Of a stretch of 64,000 bases of DNA, positions 1 through 12,803 are shown piece after piece. Under the pieces are notes generated by a model. It did no database searches. It was not told where the DNA came from and was given only the letters and a program-made list of their open reading frames with translations. Made by a program: the position numbers and the translations under genes. Where the stretch lies: positions 207,700,001 to 207,764,000 of the forward strand of contig OZ360220.1 of NCBI GenBank assembly GCA_977017645.1, written 5' to 3'. Numbering within the stretch: position 1 is the first letter of the stretch; each line of letters begins with the position of its first letter. This DNA comes from Torpedo marmorata (Eukaryota).

Positions 1-449
1 CTGTGTGCTTGTCACTTCAGTGGATGCAGCCTCAATGTTGTGTAATTGAAGATGCATAATTCTCTGATGTGCAGCTACCAGACTGATTGAGACAGAAATA
101 AATAGGTTCCTGTCACACCACTCCAAGAGAACCTCAAAAGGAAACCTGTGGATGTCAATTAAACCTTTTTCCTGTGATAGATCTGAACATAAAAAGGTAA
201 TGGACAATAAGGTGCTGAATGGCAGTTAAGACAATCAAAAGTTGTTAGCAGATTTAGTGCTCTGCTAGCAGTGTAAGTATTCTGTGATGCTCAGAATCAA
301 CATCATAGGACCTAAAATCAGTCCATTACCAAGTGTTAATTTAAGGAAGAAGTCAAAATCTGTTTTGTAGCTTTAGGAACTTCCCAGCACCATTTCTGGA
401 AAAAAAAACTTGAAATAGTGCAAGATACTGTTGTGGTTGCAACAAGCAA

Positions 450-1640
450 AACATGAGTGGAAAAGGAACTCAAGTGGTCAGGCAGCGTTTGTGCAGGGAA
501 ATGGAGAAGTGACATTTCAGGTCGAGCCCCTTCATCAAGACTGAGTGTGCAGTAGGAAGATATCCAGTATAAAGAGGAGAGGAGGGATGGGTGAGACAAA
601 GTGATTGGTGGACTGAAGACAGGGGAAGGTAATGAACAGAAGGAGCCAGTGGGGGAGGGAGAGAGTGAATGGAGTTGGGAGACAGAGACAGGTGAGCGAT
701 GGGTGGCAGACAAATAGAGAGAGAAAAATAATTAAATGAAGATAGGAGAAATAAAGGGGCAGATGGAGCCAGGTGAGGTAGAGTGGGGTGATCAATTGGC
801 ATAGAAAGGCTGGGAGGTGATAATGTGAAACATCAGGGGATAAGTGAAGGTTAGGCAGCCAGACAAGAGAGTGGGCAGTAGGTGGATGAGACTGAGGGGG
901 ATGAAAATGGGTGATTAGGGACTGGATGGGGTATTATGGGAACAGGAACAAGAATGGGAGGATGGCAGATGGATAGGAAAGAGCTAGAGATGAGGTCACA
1001 GGAGGTAAGCATCACCTGAAACATGTAAATACTGTATAATGTTCATACCATTGAGCTGTAAACTACCCAGGCAGAATAAGAGGTGTTGGTCCTCACTTTT
1101 GTGTTGGGCCTTGTCTTGGCAGTGGAGAAGGCCAAGGATGGCCAGCTCAGAGTGGGAATGGAAAGGGGAGTTGAAATGACATGCAACCAGGAGTTCGGGA
1201 TGACCATTGTGGACAGGCTGCAGGTAATCTGCAAATTGGTTGCCTTGCCTGTGCTTGGTCTCCCTGATCTACAGAAGACCACATCAGGAGCACTGATCAT
1301 CAATGTAGAGGAAGCTAGATTGGGAGCACTCCATGGGAGTCAAAGATTCACAAGATTAGAGGCAATGCTCGTGAATCTTTGCCTCACCTGGAAGGGCTGT
1401 TGAGGTCCCTGAATGGTGGTGAGAAAGGAAGTGTATAAACAAGTTGCAGGGGAAAGTGCCAAGGGGTGTGGGGTGGATAGGGATGAGAGGACCAGGAGAT
1501 CATTAAGGTGGAAAGGGTTGAGAAGGGTAAGGTGTGACTGGTGGTGGGATGCTGTTGCAGGTGGTGGAAATTGAGAAAGATGATGGCTGGATGTGGAGAC
1601 CAGTAAAGTAAAAGTTATGAACTAGGAGGAATCATCTCTG
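450..1640 (-). mobile_element. Degenerate Penelope-like retroelement (3' part)
   Basis: Minus strand near 1045-1095 translates to EDQHLLFCLGSLQLNGM, matching the C-terminus EEQHLIFRLGTLQPDGI of the Penelope copies at 52430 and 54730. A degenerate hammerhead-like motif lies at ~510-545. Boundaries are approximate. Confidence 0.65.
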
Positions 1641-2744
1641 TTCTGTTTGGGGTTGATGTGAAAGTAATGTGAGCAAGAGCTTCATTGCATCACCACCCAC
1701 CTTATTCCATCCAGGTACCAGGAACTCCATTGGAGTGAAACATGAAAGTCTGCAGACACTGTGATTGTAGTAAAAACACAGAGATGCTGGATCCAATTAA
1801 CACCTTTTGTCTGTTGTTCTGCACTCCGTCCCCTCCCATTCTTCCCTTTTTCCACAGCCTTTGAATACAGATTCCTTTCTCTCTCTTTTTTTACTTGTAT
1901 GTTGAGGAAGGGCTCAGGCTCGAAATGTCAGTAATATATCTTTACCTCCTATGGACGCTGCGAGACTGGCTGAGTTCTTCCAGCATTTCTGTGTTTTTAC
2001 CAGGAACTCCCCTATTTGGTTCCATCTGTCCTTCACCTCTCCCCTAATGGTGCCTGTTATCACCTTTCTTACTCATCCTTTATGTTCCTGCTTAATATTC
2101 TCCAGCAATGACTCTACTTTCACTTTCCTTCCCACTACCTGGCTTCATCTGTCACTTTTGTCTCTTCTTTTCTCTTTCCATTTGTCTGCCACCCCACTCA
2201 CCCACCCTGTCTTCCAACTCCACGTGCTCTTCCCCTACCCATCTAGATCCCTCTCTTTGTTGTCTTTTACCCCTCCAGTTAAACAAGAAAATCTGCTATG
2301 CTAGAGCCTAGTGTGATACAGAAACACGCTGGAGAAACTCAGCAGGTCATGCAACATCCATAGGAAGTAAAGGGTGGGCAAAGATTTGGGGTTGGGATCT
2401 TAGACAAGGTAAAAGCAAAAACAGGCAAGCGCATGAATAAAAGGTAGGGAGAGGGGGAAGAGGAGAGGAGAGAGGAGGGAGGAAGAGGCAGGGGAGGAGC
2501 ACAGGTTAACAGGTGAGAGGTCTTGTCCACCAATCACTTTTTAGCCCCAGTCTCATCCTTTCCCTCTCCCTTTTAAAGTGGCTTTCTTACCTCTCCTCAT
2601 TTAGTGTCAACGAAGGTTTTTCAAACCTGGACTTTCCACTTCTTTCCACCAATGCTGACTGACCTACTTGAGCTCCCCCAGCTGCTCTTTTTCTATGTTC
2701 CAGATTCCAACATTTAAAGCCTCTCAAGTCTCCATTATGTAAAT

Positions 2745-3050
2745 CACGAAAATTTGTAGACACCATGGTTGAAGTAAAAACACAAAATGCTGGAGAAGCT
2801 CAACAGGTCAAACAGTGTCCTTTATGTAGCAAAGGTAAAGATACATAACCGACGTTTCGGGCTTGAGCCCTTCATCAAAGTATGAGAAAATGCCAGTAGG
2901 CGTCCGAACAAAAGAGTGGGGGAGGGGGTGGTGTAAAGGGGTGGCAAAGGTAGGAGATGATAGGTGGAGAAAGGAGGGAGTGGACAGCAGTAATGAGGGG
3001 GAGGAGGGATGGCTGGGTGGGTGGAAGAACTGGACAGACAGGACAGGGGT
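2745..3050 (-). mobile_element. Penelope 3' terminal (pLTR) fragment
   Basis: Highly similar to 54390-54650 and to the reverse complement of ~52540-52835. Confidence 0.8.
2844..2885 (-). ncRNA. Minimal hammerhead ribozyme motif (Penelope-associated)
   Basis: Reverse complement reads catactTTGATGAagggctcaagcccGAAACGTCggttatg. Confidence 0.6.
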
Positions 3051-5100
3051 CGCATTACTTGTATCACTCCTTGATGTTGTGCAGGAAGATTGTGCATTAG
3101 ACCAAATGCTTTGCCTACTCTCCAAGTCATGTAAGCCAGAAATAACTATCATTCAGTTACTGCTAAACCTGTCAGCAAATCACAATGTAGAAAGAAAATA
3201 AATGGCATGGAATAGTGGTTGGAATTTGACAGCAGCTGCAATTAATAAAGAGGTTCCTGAATTTCACAATCTGCAGTCTCCCTTCCTGACATGTCAACAT
3301 AAGGGGTAGTAGTGGAATTAGGCTGGTTAGCCTCTCAAGCATGTACCTCCATTCAATGAAACCATCCATTCAACAACATTTCCCTGCTCTATCTCTATTC
3401 CCATGGTTCCTCTGTTGAAAATAAATACCTCAATCCTCAGGTAATCAGCTGTGACTGGTCTCCTGCGGTGCATCACTTTTAATAAATCACCTGTTATTTT
3501 GAACACCAACACCAACAGTGCCTTTCTGGTTGCTCCTACACTTGAAACAGCAACCAAGATATGAAAAGAGTCATCCTACTCTCTTCACTTTCTTCCCGTC
3601 AGGAAAAAGATTCACAAGTGTGAAATCACGCACCACCAGATTCATGGACAAACTCTTTCCCACTATTATCAGACTCCGGAATGAACCTCACACAAGTAAA
3701 ATAATGTTGTTTTTGCTCTGCATGGTTTCCTTGATGTGCTGACTCCAGGAGAGGTCCTGTGATTTGTAGACACCCAGGGACTTGAAGGATTGCTTCAGTA
3801 GTGAGAATGGTAAATCAAAGCCAATGTACCTAATGAGCAAAAAAGTGTTTAGTTTGGTGAAAGAGAACTGTTTTTGGTCATCTACATTTTTCACCTCATT
3901 AAACTAATTTTTGCAAATGAGAGGAACATAAGTATGAGGGTGGACTGTTTAGGTGCCATAGGTGCTCTATCGTTAGTAAGGGATTACTTAAGGTGGTATG
4001 TGATTGGGAGAAAAGGTTGAGAACCACTGGTTTAGAAGAATAACTTGTTTATGTGCTGCAAATAGAACTATGTTTGGAAGATAAAGCAATTATTGCCAAT
4101 TAATATTTGTCAAATGCAATTTCATTGGTGAGATATTGTGTTGGACAAGAAGGTTGTGAGTTTAATGACTACCTAATTTTCCTGTTGACCTGCTTGTTCA
4201 GTACTGAAGGTGTGCTCTGCTCCACAGAAGGCCATCTCCCTGATGCAATTCTGGTGTGACTTACCTCTCACAGCAGGACTCATGAAGCTTTTCAAGAGCA
4301 GGGAAATTCTTCTGGTATTTGGGACAGCATTAACCTATCAACTTTATCTCTGAAACAGGTAGTTACTCATGGGATCTTGCTATGTGCAAATGGCTGTATT
4401 TCCTCTATTACAAAAACACACCTGACATGTTCAGAGGTAATGAGAGATCTTACATCAATACAACCTTCCCCATTCAGATTGGGGTTTTTGCTTTTCTTCA
4501 TTTATTAGGATGTATTTCTATTTGTATTCAATCTAAGATGACGGCTCAGATGAAATTATTTAATCTTTCATGTGAAAAGCCAGTACAGAATGATCATCAC
4601 ATAACATACTCTGAAGCTGGTTCTAGTTTGTAGGCAAAAAGGGTGGTACAGTATGCACCAGTTTAGGAAAGTGTCTCGTTTGGAAGTTTGTGAAACAAGA
4701 AAGCCTGCAGATGCTGTAATTGTAGTTCATGCACAAAACTACTGGAGAAACTCAGCAGGTCCCACTTTTTCAGCACTTTTGTATCCTTGGGATGCTTATT
4801 TTTTATTCAGTCATAGCGGCATATAGCAAAGGACAATGCCCTTCCACCCATAGAGTGTACAATGGCTATCAAGCATCCATATGCAAAAACCTTACATTGA
4901 TCTCATTGTTAAAAATTTGGTTTGCATTCTCATCAGTTCCTCCCAGAACAACCCATCTCATCACTTCAAGTCTGCATAACTAGTGCAATGAACTCATTAC
5001 CACATATTTTTTCTCATCTGCTGCCAATTTTAGTATTAGTGCAAAACAAGAGGATAATCTCAACTATGTTTATATGCCAAACAATGTTTACAGGAGAGTA

Positions 5101-5486
5101 GATTTCAGATTTCAGATTTATTGTCAGAGTACATACGTGATATCACATACAACAGAGATTCTTTTTTCCTGCGGGCGAGGCAGAATTACCACTTATTGGT
5201 AGTGCAAAAAATAAACTGTACACAGCGTACACATGTAAACAAATAAAGAACGGTAAACAGATAACAAATGTAAACAAACTGACTGTACAATACAGAGAGA
5301 ATAAAAAAAGTCAATAAAGTACACAAGTAAGAGTCCTTAAATGAGTCCCTGATTGAGTTGTTGTTGAGGAGTCTGATGGTGGAGTGGTAGCAGCTGTTCC
5401 TGAACCTGGTGGTGCGAGTCTTGTGGCACCTATACCTCTTTCCTGATGGCAGCAGTGAGAACAGAGCATGTGCTAGGTGGTGTGGA
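5101..5486 (-). mobile_element. Rex1/Babar LINE, 3' end (split by the LTR element)
   Basis: GATTTCA-repeat tail and 3' UTR closely similar to 8682-9070. The sequence resumes at 12804. Confidence 0.85.
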
Positions 5487-6580
5487 TGCGACGTGCTCCC
5501 ATTTTTCAGTTCATTTTCATTTGTGTGGGACTGTCACTTTAAGAGAACAGATTTAACAAAAGCCTGCAGGTTTTGGAGTGACTGTGAACTGCAGGCAGGC
5601 AGAAGACAGCATGTTCCTAAATTGGATACAACTTGCAGAGAGAGAAAATCCCAGGTGCATGTTGACCAGCATGTTGAAGAAGCAGTGCACAGCTTTGTTT
5701 GTGGGCCATTTTAAGGAATCAGCACAGGAGCAAACAGCTCTTGAAAGAAATACTGTGCTGGATTGGCCTCATATGTCGTTATAGACAATCTGTCTGATTT
5801 CCTCCTGTTTGTTATAGAGCAATGAGAATATAGGCAATCTGTCTGATTTCCTCCTGTCTGTTATAGAGGAATGAGAATACCTCTCTGTGACCAAAAGGGT
5901 GAAGGTCACTTTTGTTTGGCTGACCCACGGAATGGGTTCTGAAGGCAGAAGAAACACTGCTCTTGGATCGTGACCAGAGTAAGTTCGGCTTGAGTTTGGC
6001 TGACCCACGAAAAGGGTTCTGGAAGCTTTGTGAGCATCACTTGCTTTGTGTCCCCTACGCCAAAGAAGAGGGGAGTTTTGGTTGGCACTCATCTAAAAAG
6101 GACATTTCGTTGGAAGCCCCTCCACAAGGGTTTTGTGAGTTATAAATATTCTGTCACCCCCAGTCTCTTTCACCCACTTCATGAACTGCGTGTCTCATCC
6201 ACTTAAAGCCTGCGTGTCTCATCCACCTAAAGCCTGCGTGTCACATCTATCTAAGGCCTGCGTGTCGCATCCATCTAAGGCCTGCGTGTCGCATCAATTT
6301 CAAGCCTACGTGTCATCACTGAATTTCTGAAACTGAACTTTGAACTTTGAACTGCCTTTCGAGAATTGTGCCTTGAGCTGTGGTGGCTTGGGGTATTCTA
6401 CACACACACCAGTATATTCGCGCATAGTTGGGGGTTAAGTTAGATAAGTCTAGATAAGTTTAGATAAGTGTAAATAAATTAGATAAGGTGTTATATCATT
6501 GTTAATTAATAAGTAAAAATATTATTTTAATTATAACACCATCCGGGCTAATTTCTATTGCTGCTGTCTGGTACGTAACA
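5487..6580 (+). repeat. 5' LTR of the Gmr1-like element
   Basis: Direct repeat of 11657-12803, running TGCGACGTG...GTAACA. Confidence 0.92.
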
Positions 6581-6584
6581 AAAT

Positions 6585-6602
6585 TGGGGGCTCGTCCGGG
6601 AT
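6585..6602 (+). promoter_or_regulatory. Primer binding site, tRNA-Pro
   Basis: TGGGGGCTCGTCCGGGAT, 4 nt after the LTR, is the canonical tRNA-Pro PBS. Confidence 0.92.
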
Positions 6603-6704
6603 CACACGAAATTGGGAGCCGAGTGATCGATTAATATTTAATTTGACTGATTGGAATTATTCTTTGAGCCAAATTAAAGGCTTGTGTGTGGAACAATAGC
6701 AGCG

Positions 6705-8680
6705 ATGGACATTGCTAAGTTTCTGGGATCGCCCACCCTTGCAGATTTGCAGGGGGCGAAAAAGAGTGAGTGGTTGACTATCGCACAAAAGTTGGAACTT
6801 GCGGTGGTGAAACAGTCGATGAAAAAGGCAGAGATTCAGAAAATTATCGGGCGCTATTATGTAAGAGAAGGGAAGTTTGGAGAGAAAGAACAAATGCAGT
6901 TTGAATTAGAAAAACTTAGGTTGGAGTTTGAGAGAGAACAAAAGCAGGCTGAGCTAGAATTAGAAAAACAGATTAGCAGTAGCAGAGAGGAGAGGGAGAG
7001 AGAACAAAATGAATTAGAAAAACTTAGGTTTGCAGAGAGGCAAAGGAGATTTGAGGTGGAGGAAGCCAAGAAGCAAGGAGATTTGAGGCTGAGGAAGCCG
7101 AGAGACAAAGGCAGCTAGAATTCAGAAAACTTAGAAGGGAGAAAGCCGAGAGGCAATGACAGCCTGAGGAAGAAATGGAAACTTGTCAAGAATCTGCTGA
7201 AGTGGCGGGTGAGTATTAAGTTAAATTTGTGCCAAGTGGAGCCTTCCTCCAGAGGGTTGAATTTGTGCCAAGGAAAACCTTCCAGAGGGGTAATGTGGAA
7301 TGTCAACGTAAGTTAGAAAACATATCGGGAAGTAGTGCTAGGGGTAAAGATGAAGGAAAGCAGGAAAAGGAAAAACCTTCAGGTCCCCTGTGCTACCATT
7401 GTAAGAAGCCTGGTACTGTGATAGCGAATTGTCCCATGTTGAGGAAAAAGAGAGAAAAGGAGGCAGCGCCAGTTGCCTGTATTCAAAAAGTTGGAAAACA
7501 TGGAAACCAAGAGAGTTCCAGACCTGCTGGTAATATTAAGGAGTTCAAATCTTTTGCGTCAGAGGGTTTGGTTTCATTGGAGGATGGGTCACCACAAGTG
7601 ACAGTGCAAATCCTTCGAGACACCCGTGTTGGACAGTGTTTTGACATTTGGCGATGAGACTGCCATGGGTGACATAAATTTGGTCTGAGGTTTTGGGGGT
7701 GACCCAGAGTCGATACCTCTGCACAGTAGAATATTTAAATCACAATTAGCTAATGGACCTATTGCGATAGGGATCCGATCAAGTTTACCAGTGGAGGGGG
7801 TCTTGTTATTACTAGGGAATGATCTTGCAGAGGGTAAAGTTGTCCCTGCGGTGAGTTTGACTGCCAAGCCAGCCATTGAGCAAACAAAGACAGATTCGGA
7901 TACATATCCAGCCTGTGCAGACGGTTTGGACCAGAGTTCTGGTGGTAAACCTGAGAGTAAGGACGTCGTTGTCCAGAGAAGAGTTTGTGGCAGGGCAGAG
8001 CAGAGATCCTGATCATGCTGAGGGGAGAGATAAGGCTCTCTCTGAGGAGGAAATGAAGAAAGTGTCACTTGGAAACACTAAAGCTAAGACAGTGTCAAGA
8101 GCTCTTGTAAAGCTTTTCACTTTGTTTGGTTTGCCTCCCGAGACCCAGTCAGACCTGGGAAGTAATTTCATGATGGGATTGTTTCAGCAGATAATTCCTG
8201 AATTGGAAGCTAACCAGATCACGTCATCTGCATATTATCCAGAGCCTCAAGGGGCCTTGGATAGGTTCCATTCGACTCTCAAAACCATGAGGAGGACCTA
8301 TTGTGTTGAGAACGAGAAGGACTGGGATGAGGGTGTCCATTTGCCCTTGTTTGCAGTAAGAGAGACTGTACAGGAGTCATTAGGCTTTAGCCCTTTTGAG
8401 TTGGGGTTTTGACAGCAAGTTAGAGGACCTTTTGTGTTGTTGAAGGAACAATCGGTTAATGAGGATGTGCAGTTGAATTTGCTAGATTATGTCTCGAAAT
8501 GTAAAATTTGTTTGCAGAAAGTCTGTGAATCGGCCCGAGCGAAATTATTTGATAAACTTTCAAAGGCCAATCTTACTGATAATTTGGCTAAGAGTGAATT
8601 TGGCCATGCTACTGTGACTTACCTCAGTTATGTAGTTGGTCAAGGCAAATTGGCCTCTGTCCAGTTCAGACCATTTCTGA
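6705..8680 (+). pseudogene. Disrupted gag-protease-integrase-RT of the Gmr1-like element
   Basis: Coiled-coil Gag; knuckle CYHCKKPGTVIANC; protease ILRDT; integrase QSDLGSNF...SSAYYPEPQGALDRFHSTLK; then RT C-terminal KSEFGHATVTYLSYVVGQG. Confidence 0.85.
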
Positions 8681-8681
8681 G

Positions 8682-11425
8682 TTTCAGATTCAGATTTCAG
8701 ATTTATTGTCAGAGTACATACAAGGGTACATTTATTGTCACATACAACGCTGAGATTTTTTTTTCCTGCGGGCGTGGCAGAACTACCTCTAATTGGTAGT
8801 GCAAAAAGTAAACTGTACACAGCGTAAACATGTAAACAATCAAAAGAACTGCTAACAGGTAACGAATGAAACTGAAAATGAAACTGACTGTGCAATACAG
8901 AGAGAGCAAAGAAAAATCAATAAAGTGCATGAGTAAGAGTCCTTAAATGAGTCTCTGATTTGATTTTGTCGTTGAGGATTCTGATGGTAGAGGGGTAGCA
9001 GCTTTTCCTAAACCTGGTGGTTCGAGTCTTGTGGCACCTATACCTCTTTCCTGATGGCAGCAGCGAGAACAGACCGTGTGGGTCTTTGATGATTGCTGCT
9101 GCCCTCTGATGGCAGAGTTCCCTGTAGATCTACTCAATAGTGGGGAGGGTTTTGCCAATAATGTCCTGGGCTGTGTCCACTACCTTTTGGAGGGCTTTAC
9201 GCTCAGGGGTATTGGTGTTCCCATACCAGACCGTGATGCAGCCGGTCAGCACACTTTCCACCACACATCTGTAGAAATTTACCAGGGTTTCTGGTGTCAT
9301 ACCAAACCTCTGCAAGCTCCTGAGGAAGTAGAGGCGCTGACGTGCTTTCTTCACGGTGCCATTGGTGTGTTGGGTCCAGGAAGGATCCTCCGAGATAGTG
9401 ACTCCCAAGTACCTAGATTTTCTCACCCTCTCCACCTCTGATCCCCCAATGATCACTGGATTGTATACCTCTGGCTTTCCTTTCCTGAAGTCAACAATCA
9501 GCTCCTTAGTTTTGGTGACATTGAGTGCAAGGGTGTTTTTGGTGCACCATTCAGCCAGGTTTTCAATCTCCATCCTGTATGCTGACTCATCCCCTTCCTT
9601 TATACAACCTACTACCGGGGTATCATCGGCAAGTTTGTAGATGGTGTTATTGTCATTCCGAGATACACAGTCATAGGTGTAAAGTGAGTAGAGCAGGGGG
9701 CTAAGAACACAGCCCTGTGGTGCTCCAGTACTGATGGCGATTGTGGAGGAGAAGTTCTTACCAATCTTCACTGATTGAGGTCTGGACGTGAGGAAATCCA
9801 TGATCCAATTACATAGTGGGGTGTTAACTCCCAGGTCTTGGAGTTTGATAATCAGTTTTGAAGGGATGATGGTGTTAAATGCCGAACTGTAGTTGATAAA
9901 GAGCATCCTGATGTATGCATCTTTGCTGTCCAGGTGTTCCAGGGCTTTGTGTAGAGCCAGTGAGATGGCATCTGCTGTAGACCTGTTGCCGCGATAGGCG
10001 AACTGGAATGGATCCATGTCACCGCTCAGACAGGAGTTGATATGCTTCATCACCAGCCTTTCAAAACACTTCATCACTGTTGATGTAAGTGCTACTGGTC
10101 AATAGTCGTTAAGGCAGGTTACTGAACTCTTCTTGGGCACTGGTATGATTGACGCCTGTTTGAAACAGGTGGGTACCACGTCTTGCTGGAGTGAGATATT
10201 GAAGATATCCGTGAATACCTTGGTAAGTTGCTCAGCACAGATCATTAATACTCGGCCAGGTACTCCATCCGGGCTGGATGCTTTCCTCGGATTCACTCTC
10301 CTGAAGGCAGCACGCACTTCATCCTCAGATACGGACAGGGTGGGATCATCAGGGGACATGGGGGTGCAGAGGGGTGGTTCTTCGCTGTTACTGTCGTCAA
10401 ATCGGGTGTAGAAGGCATTGAGTTTCTCTGAGAGAGAAGCTTTGCCGTCAGCTACTTTACTGGATTTGGTTTTGTAACAGGTTATGGCATTTAGACCCTG
10501 CCACAGCTGTCGGGAATCCCTTATTGTTTTCATTTTCATCCGGAATCTCCACTTCGCCCGGGAGATAGCCTTCCGGAGGTCATACCTGCTCCTGCTGTAC
10601 TGATCTGGATCTCTGGACTTAAATGCCTGCGATCTGGCTCTCAGCAGGTTCCGGATTTCACTGTTCATCCAGGGCTTCTGGTCGGGGAACACCCTGAATG
10701 ATTTGGTGGGGACACACTCATCCACAGCTTTTTTGTGACAGCCTCGGTGTACTCGTACAGATTCTTAGCAGAGTTCTTGAACACCGCCCAATCCACTGAC
10801 TCGAGGAAGTGCTGTAACCATTCTTCAGCCTCCTGCGACCATTTCCTACCTGTCCTAACCTCCAGAGCCTCTCTCTTTAGGCTCTGTCTGTATGAAGGCA
10901 GAAGGAGCACAGCCAGGTGATCAGACTTGCCAAAGTGCGGTCTCGGGAAAGAACGGTAGGCCTTCTTTATCTTGGTGTAGCAGTGATCAAGTGTGCTAGT
11001 ACCTCTGGTACAGCAGATTACATGCTGGTGGTAGTTAGGCAGGGTTTTCTTGACACAGGCCTGGTTAAAGTCGCCGACTAAGAATTGTAGTGCGTCGGGC
11101 TGGGCCGTCTCTTGTTTACTGACCAGATCATGCAGCTCCGCGAGTGCCTGCTTGTAATCGGCATCGGGAGGGATGTAAACTCCAGTGAGAATCACAGATG
11201 AGAACTCACGGGGTAGATAGAAGGGTCTGCATTTATTCGAGATTTGCTGTAAGGCAGTAGAGCAGGAGGTTGACATAACTCCAATGTTCGTGCACCACTC
11301 TGTATTAACGAAAAAGCACACACAGCCTCCTCTCCCTTTTCCAGAATCCGAGTTCTGATCCAGACTATGGATGGTGAAATTGTCTGGTCGGATAGCGGTG
11401 TCTGGTGTGTTCTCTGTTAGCCAGG
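8682..11425 (-). mobile_element. 5'-truncated Rex1/Babar LINE nested in the Gypsy pol
   Basis: APE endonuclease (GDFN, TLDHCY, SDH) in ORF 10665-11438 and RT ([22 protein letters not shown]) in ORF 9130-10077, with frameshifts and a TTCAGA tail. Confidence 0.92.
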
Positions 11426-11656
11426 TCCCGGTTCCCATGGGTAAGGAAGTAATTGGGAGATTTCTGGGAATGGTTGGGTGTTAAAGAGAATTCTGTAAAA
11501 AAAATTGCTGATTGGCTTTCAAGATGTTAAGTTTGCAGCATTACGGAAAAATGTATATTTGTCTGTATTATGTCATGTAATGTATTATTTCAAACATTGT
11601 GGGTTGCAGTTAAAATTTTGCTCTTACAGCTCAATTTTTTCTTTGATGGTGGGAGG

Positions 11657-12803
11657 TGTGACGTGCTCCCATTTTTCCATTCATTTTCATTTGTGTGAGA
11701 CTGACACTTTAAGAGAACAGATTTAACAAAAGCCTGCAGGTTTTGGAGTGACTGTGAACTGAAGGCAGGCAGAAGACAGCATGTTCCTAAATTGGATGCA
11801 TCTTGCAGAGAGAGAAAATCCCAGGTGCAGAGACCATGTGACCAGCGTGTTGAAGAGGCAGTGCACAGCTTTGCTCGGGGGCCATTTTAAGGAGTCAGCA
11901 CAGGAGCAAACAGCTCTTGGAAGAAATACTGTGCTGGATTGGCCTCATATGTGGTTATAGGCAATCTGTCTGATTTCCTCCTGTCTGTTATAGAGGAATG
12001 AGAATACCTCTCTGTGACCAAAAGGGTGAAGGTCACTTTTGTTTGGCTGACCAACAGAATGGGTTCTGAAGGCAGAAGAAATACTGCGCTTGAATAGTGA
12101 CCAGAGAGTCACTTGAGTTCAGCTGACCCACGAAAGGGTTCTGGAAGCTTTGTGAGGATTATTTGCTTCATGTCCCTTATGCCAAAGAAGATGGGAGTTT
12201 TGGTTGGCACTCATCTAAAAAGGACATTTCGTTGGAAGCCCCTCCACAAGGGTTTCATGAGTTATAAATATTCTGTCACCCCCGGTCTCTTTCACCCACT
12301 TCATGAACTGCGTGTCTCATCCACTTAAAGCCTGCGTGTCTCATCCACTTAAAGCCTGCGTGTCTCATCCACTTAAAGCCTACATGTCTCATCCACTTAA
12401 AGCCTGCGTGTCGCATCCATCTAAGGCCTGCGTGTCTCATCCACTTAAAGCCTGTGTGTCTCATCCACCTAAAGACTGCGTGTCGCATCCATCTAAGGCC
12501 TGCGTGTCGCATCCATCTAAGGCCTGCGTGTCACATCAATTTCAAGCCTACATGTCATCACTGAATTTCTGAAACTGAACTTTGAACTTTGAACTGCCTT
12601 TCGAGAATTGTGCCTTGAGCTGTGGTGGCTTGGGGTATTCCACACACACAACAGTATATTCGTGCACAGTTGGGGGTTAAGTTAGATAAGTTTAGATAAG
12701 TGTAAATAAATTAGATACGGTGTTATATCATTGTTAATTAATAATTATTTTAAATATAACACCATCTGGGCTTATTTCTATTGCTGCTGTCTGGTACCTA
12801 ACA
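11657..12803 (+). repeat. 3' LTR of the Gmr1-like element
   Basis: Preceded by the PPT and followed by the TSD GTGGA. Confidence 0.92.
12309..12560. repeat. 24-bp minisatellite within the 3' LTR (~10.5 units)
   Basis: Unit TGCGTGTCTCATCCACTTAAAGCC. The 5' LTR has ~5.5 units at ~6187-6318. Confidence 0.9.

Larger units (their letters stand above)
5487..12803 (+). mobile_element. Degenerate Gmr1-like Gypsy LTR retrotransposon
   Basis: LTRs at 5487-6580 and 11657-12803 (TG...CA), 5-bp TSD GTGGA, tRNA-Pro PBS, PPT GATGGTGGGAGG, and gag/protease/integrase/RT remnants. Confidence 0.92.

Noticed and set aside
336-1020. Pro/Ser/Leu-rich ORFs
   Set aside because: Purine/pyrimidine-skewed low-complexity Penelope tail sequence.
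12276-12572. Repetitive ORFs (WMRHAGFK)n and a CRISPR-like look
   Set aside because: Head-to-tail 24-bp minisatellite in an LTR with no unique spacers; the ORF is a by-product of unit length.
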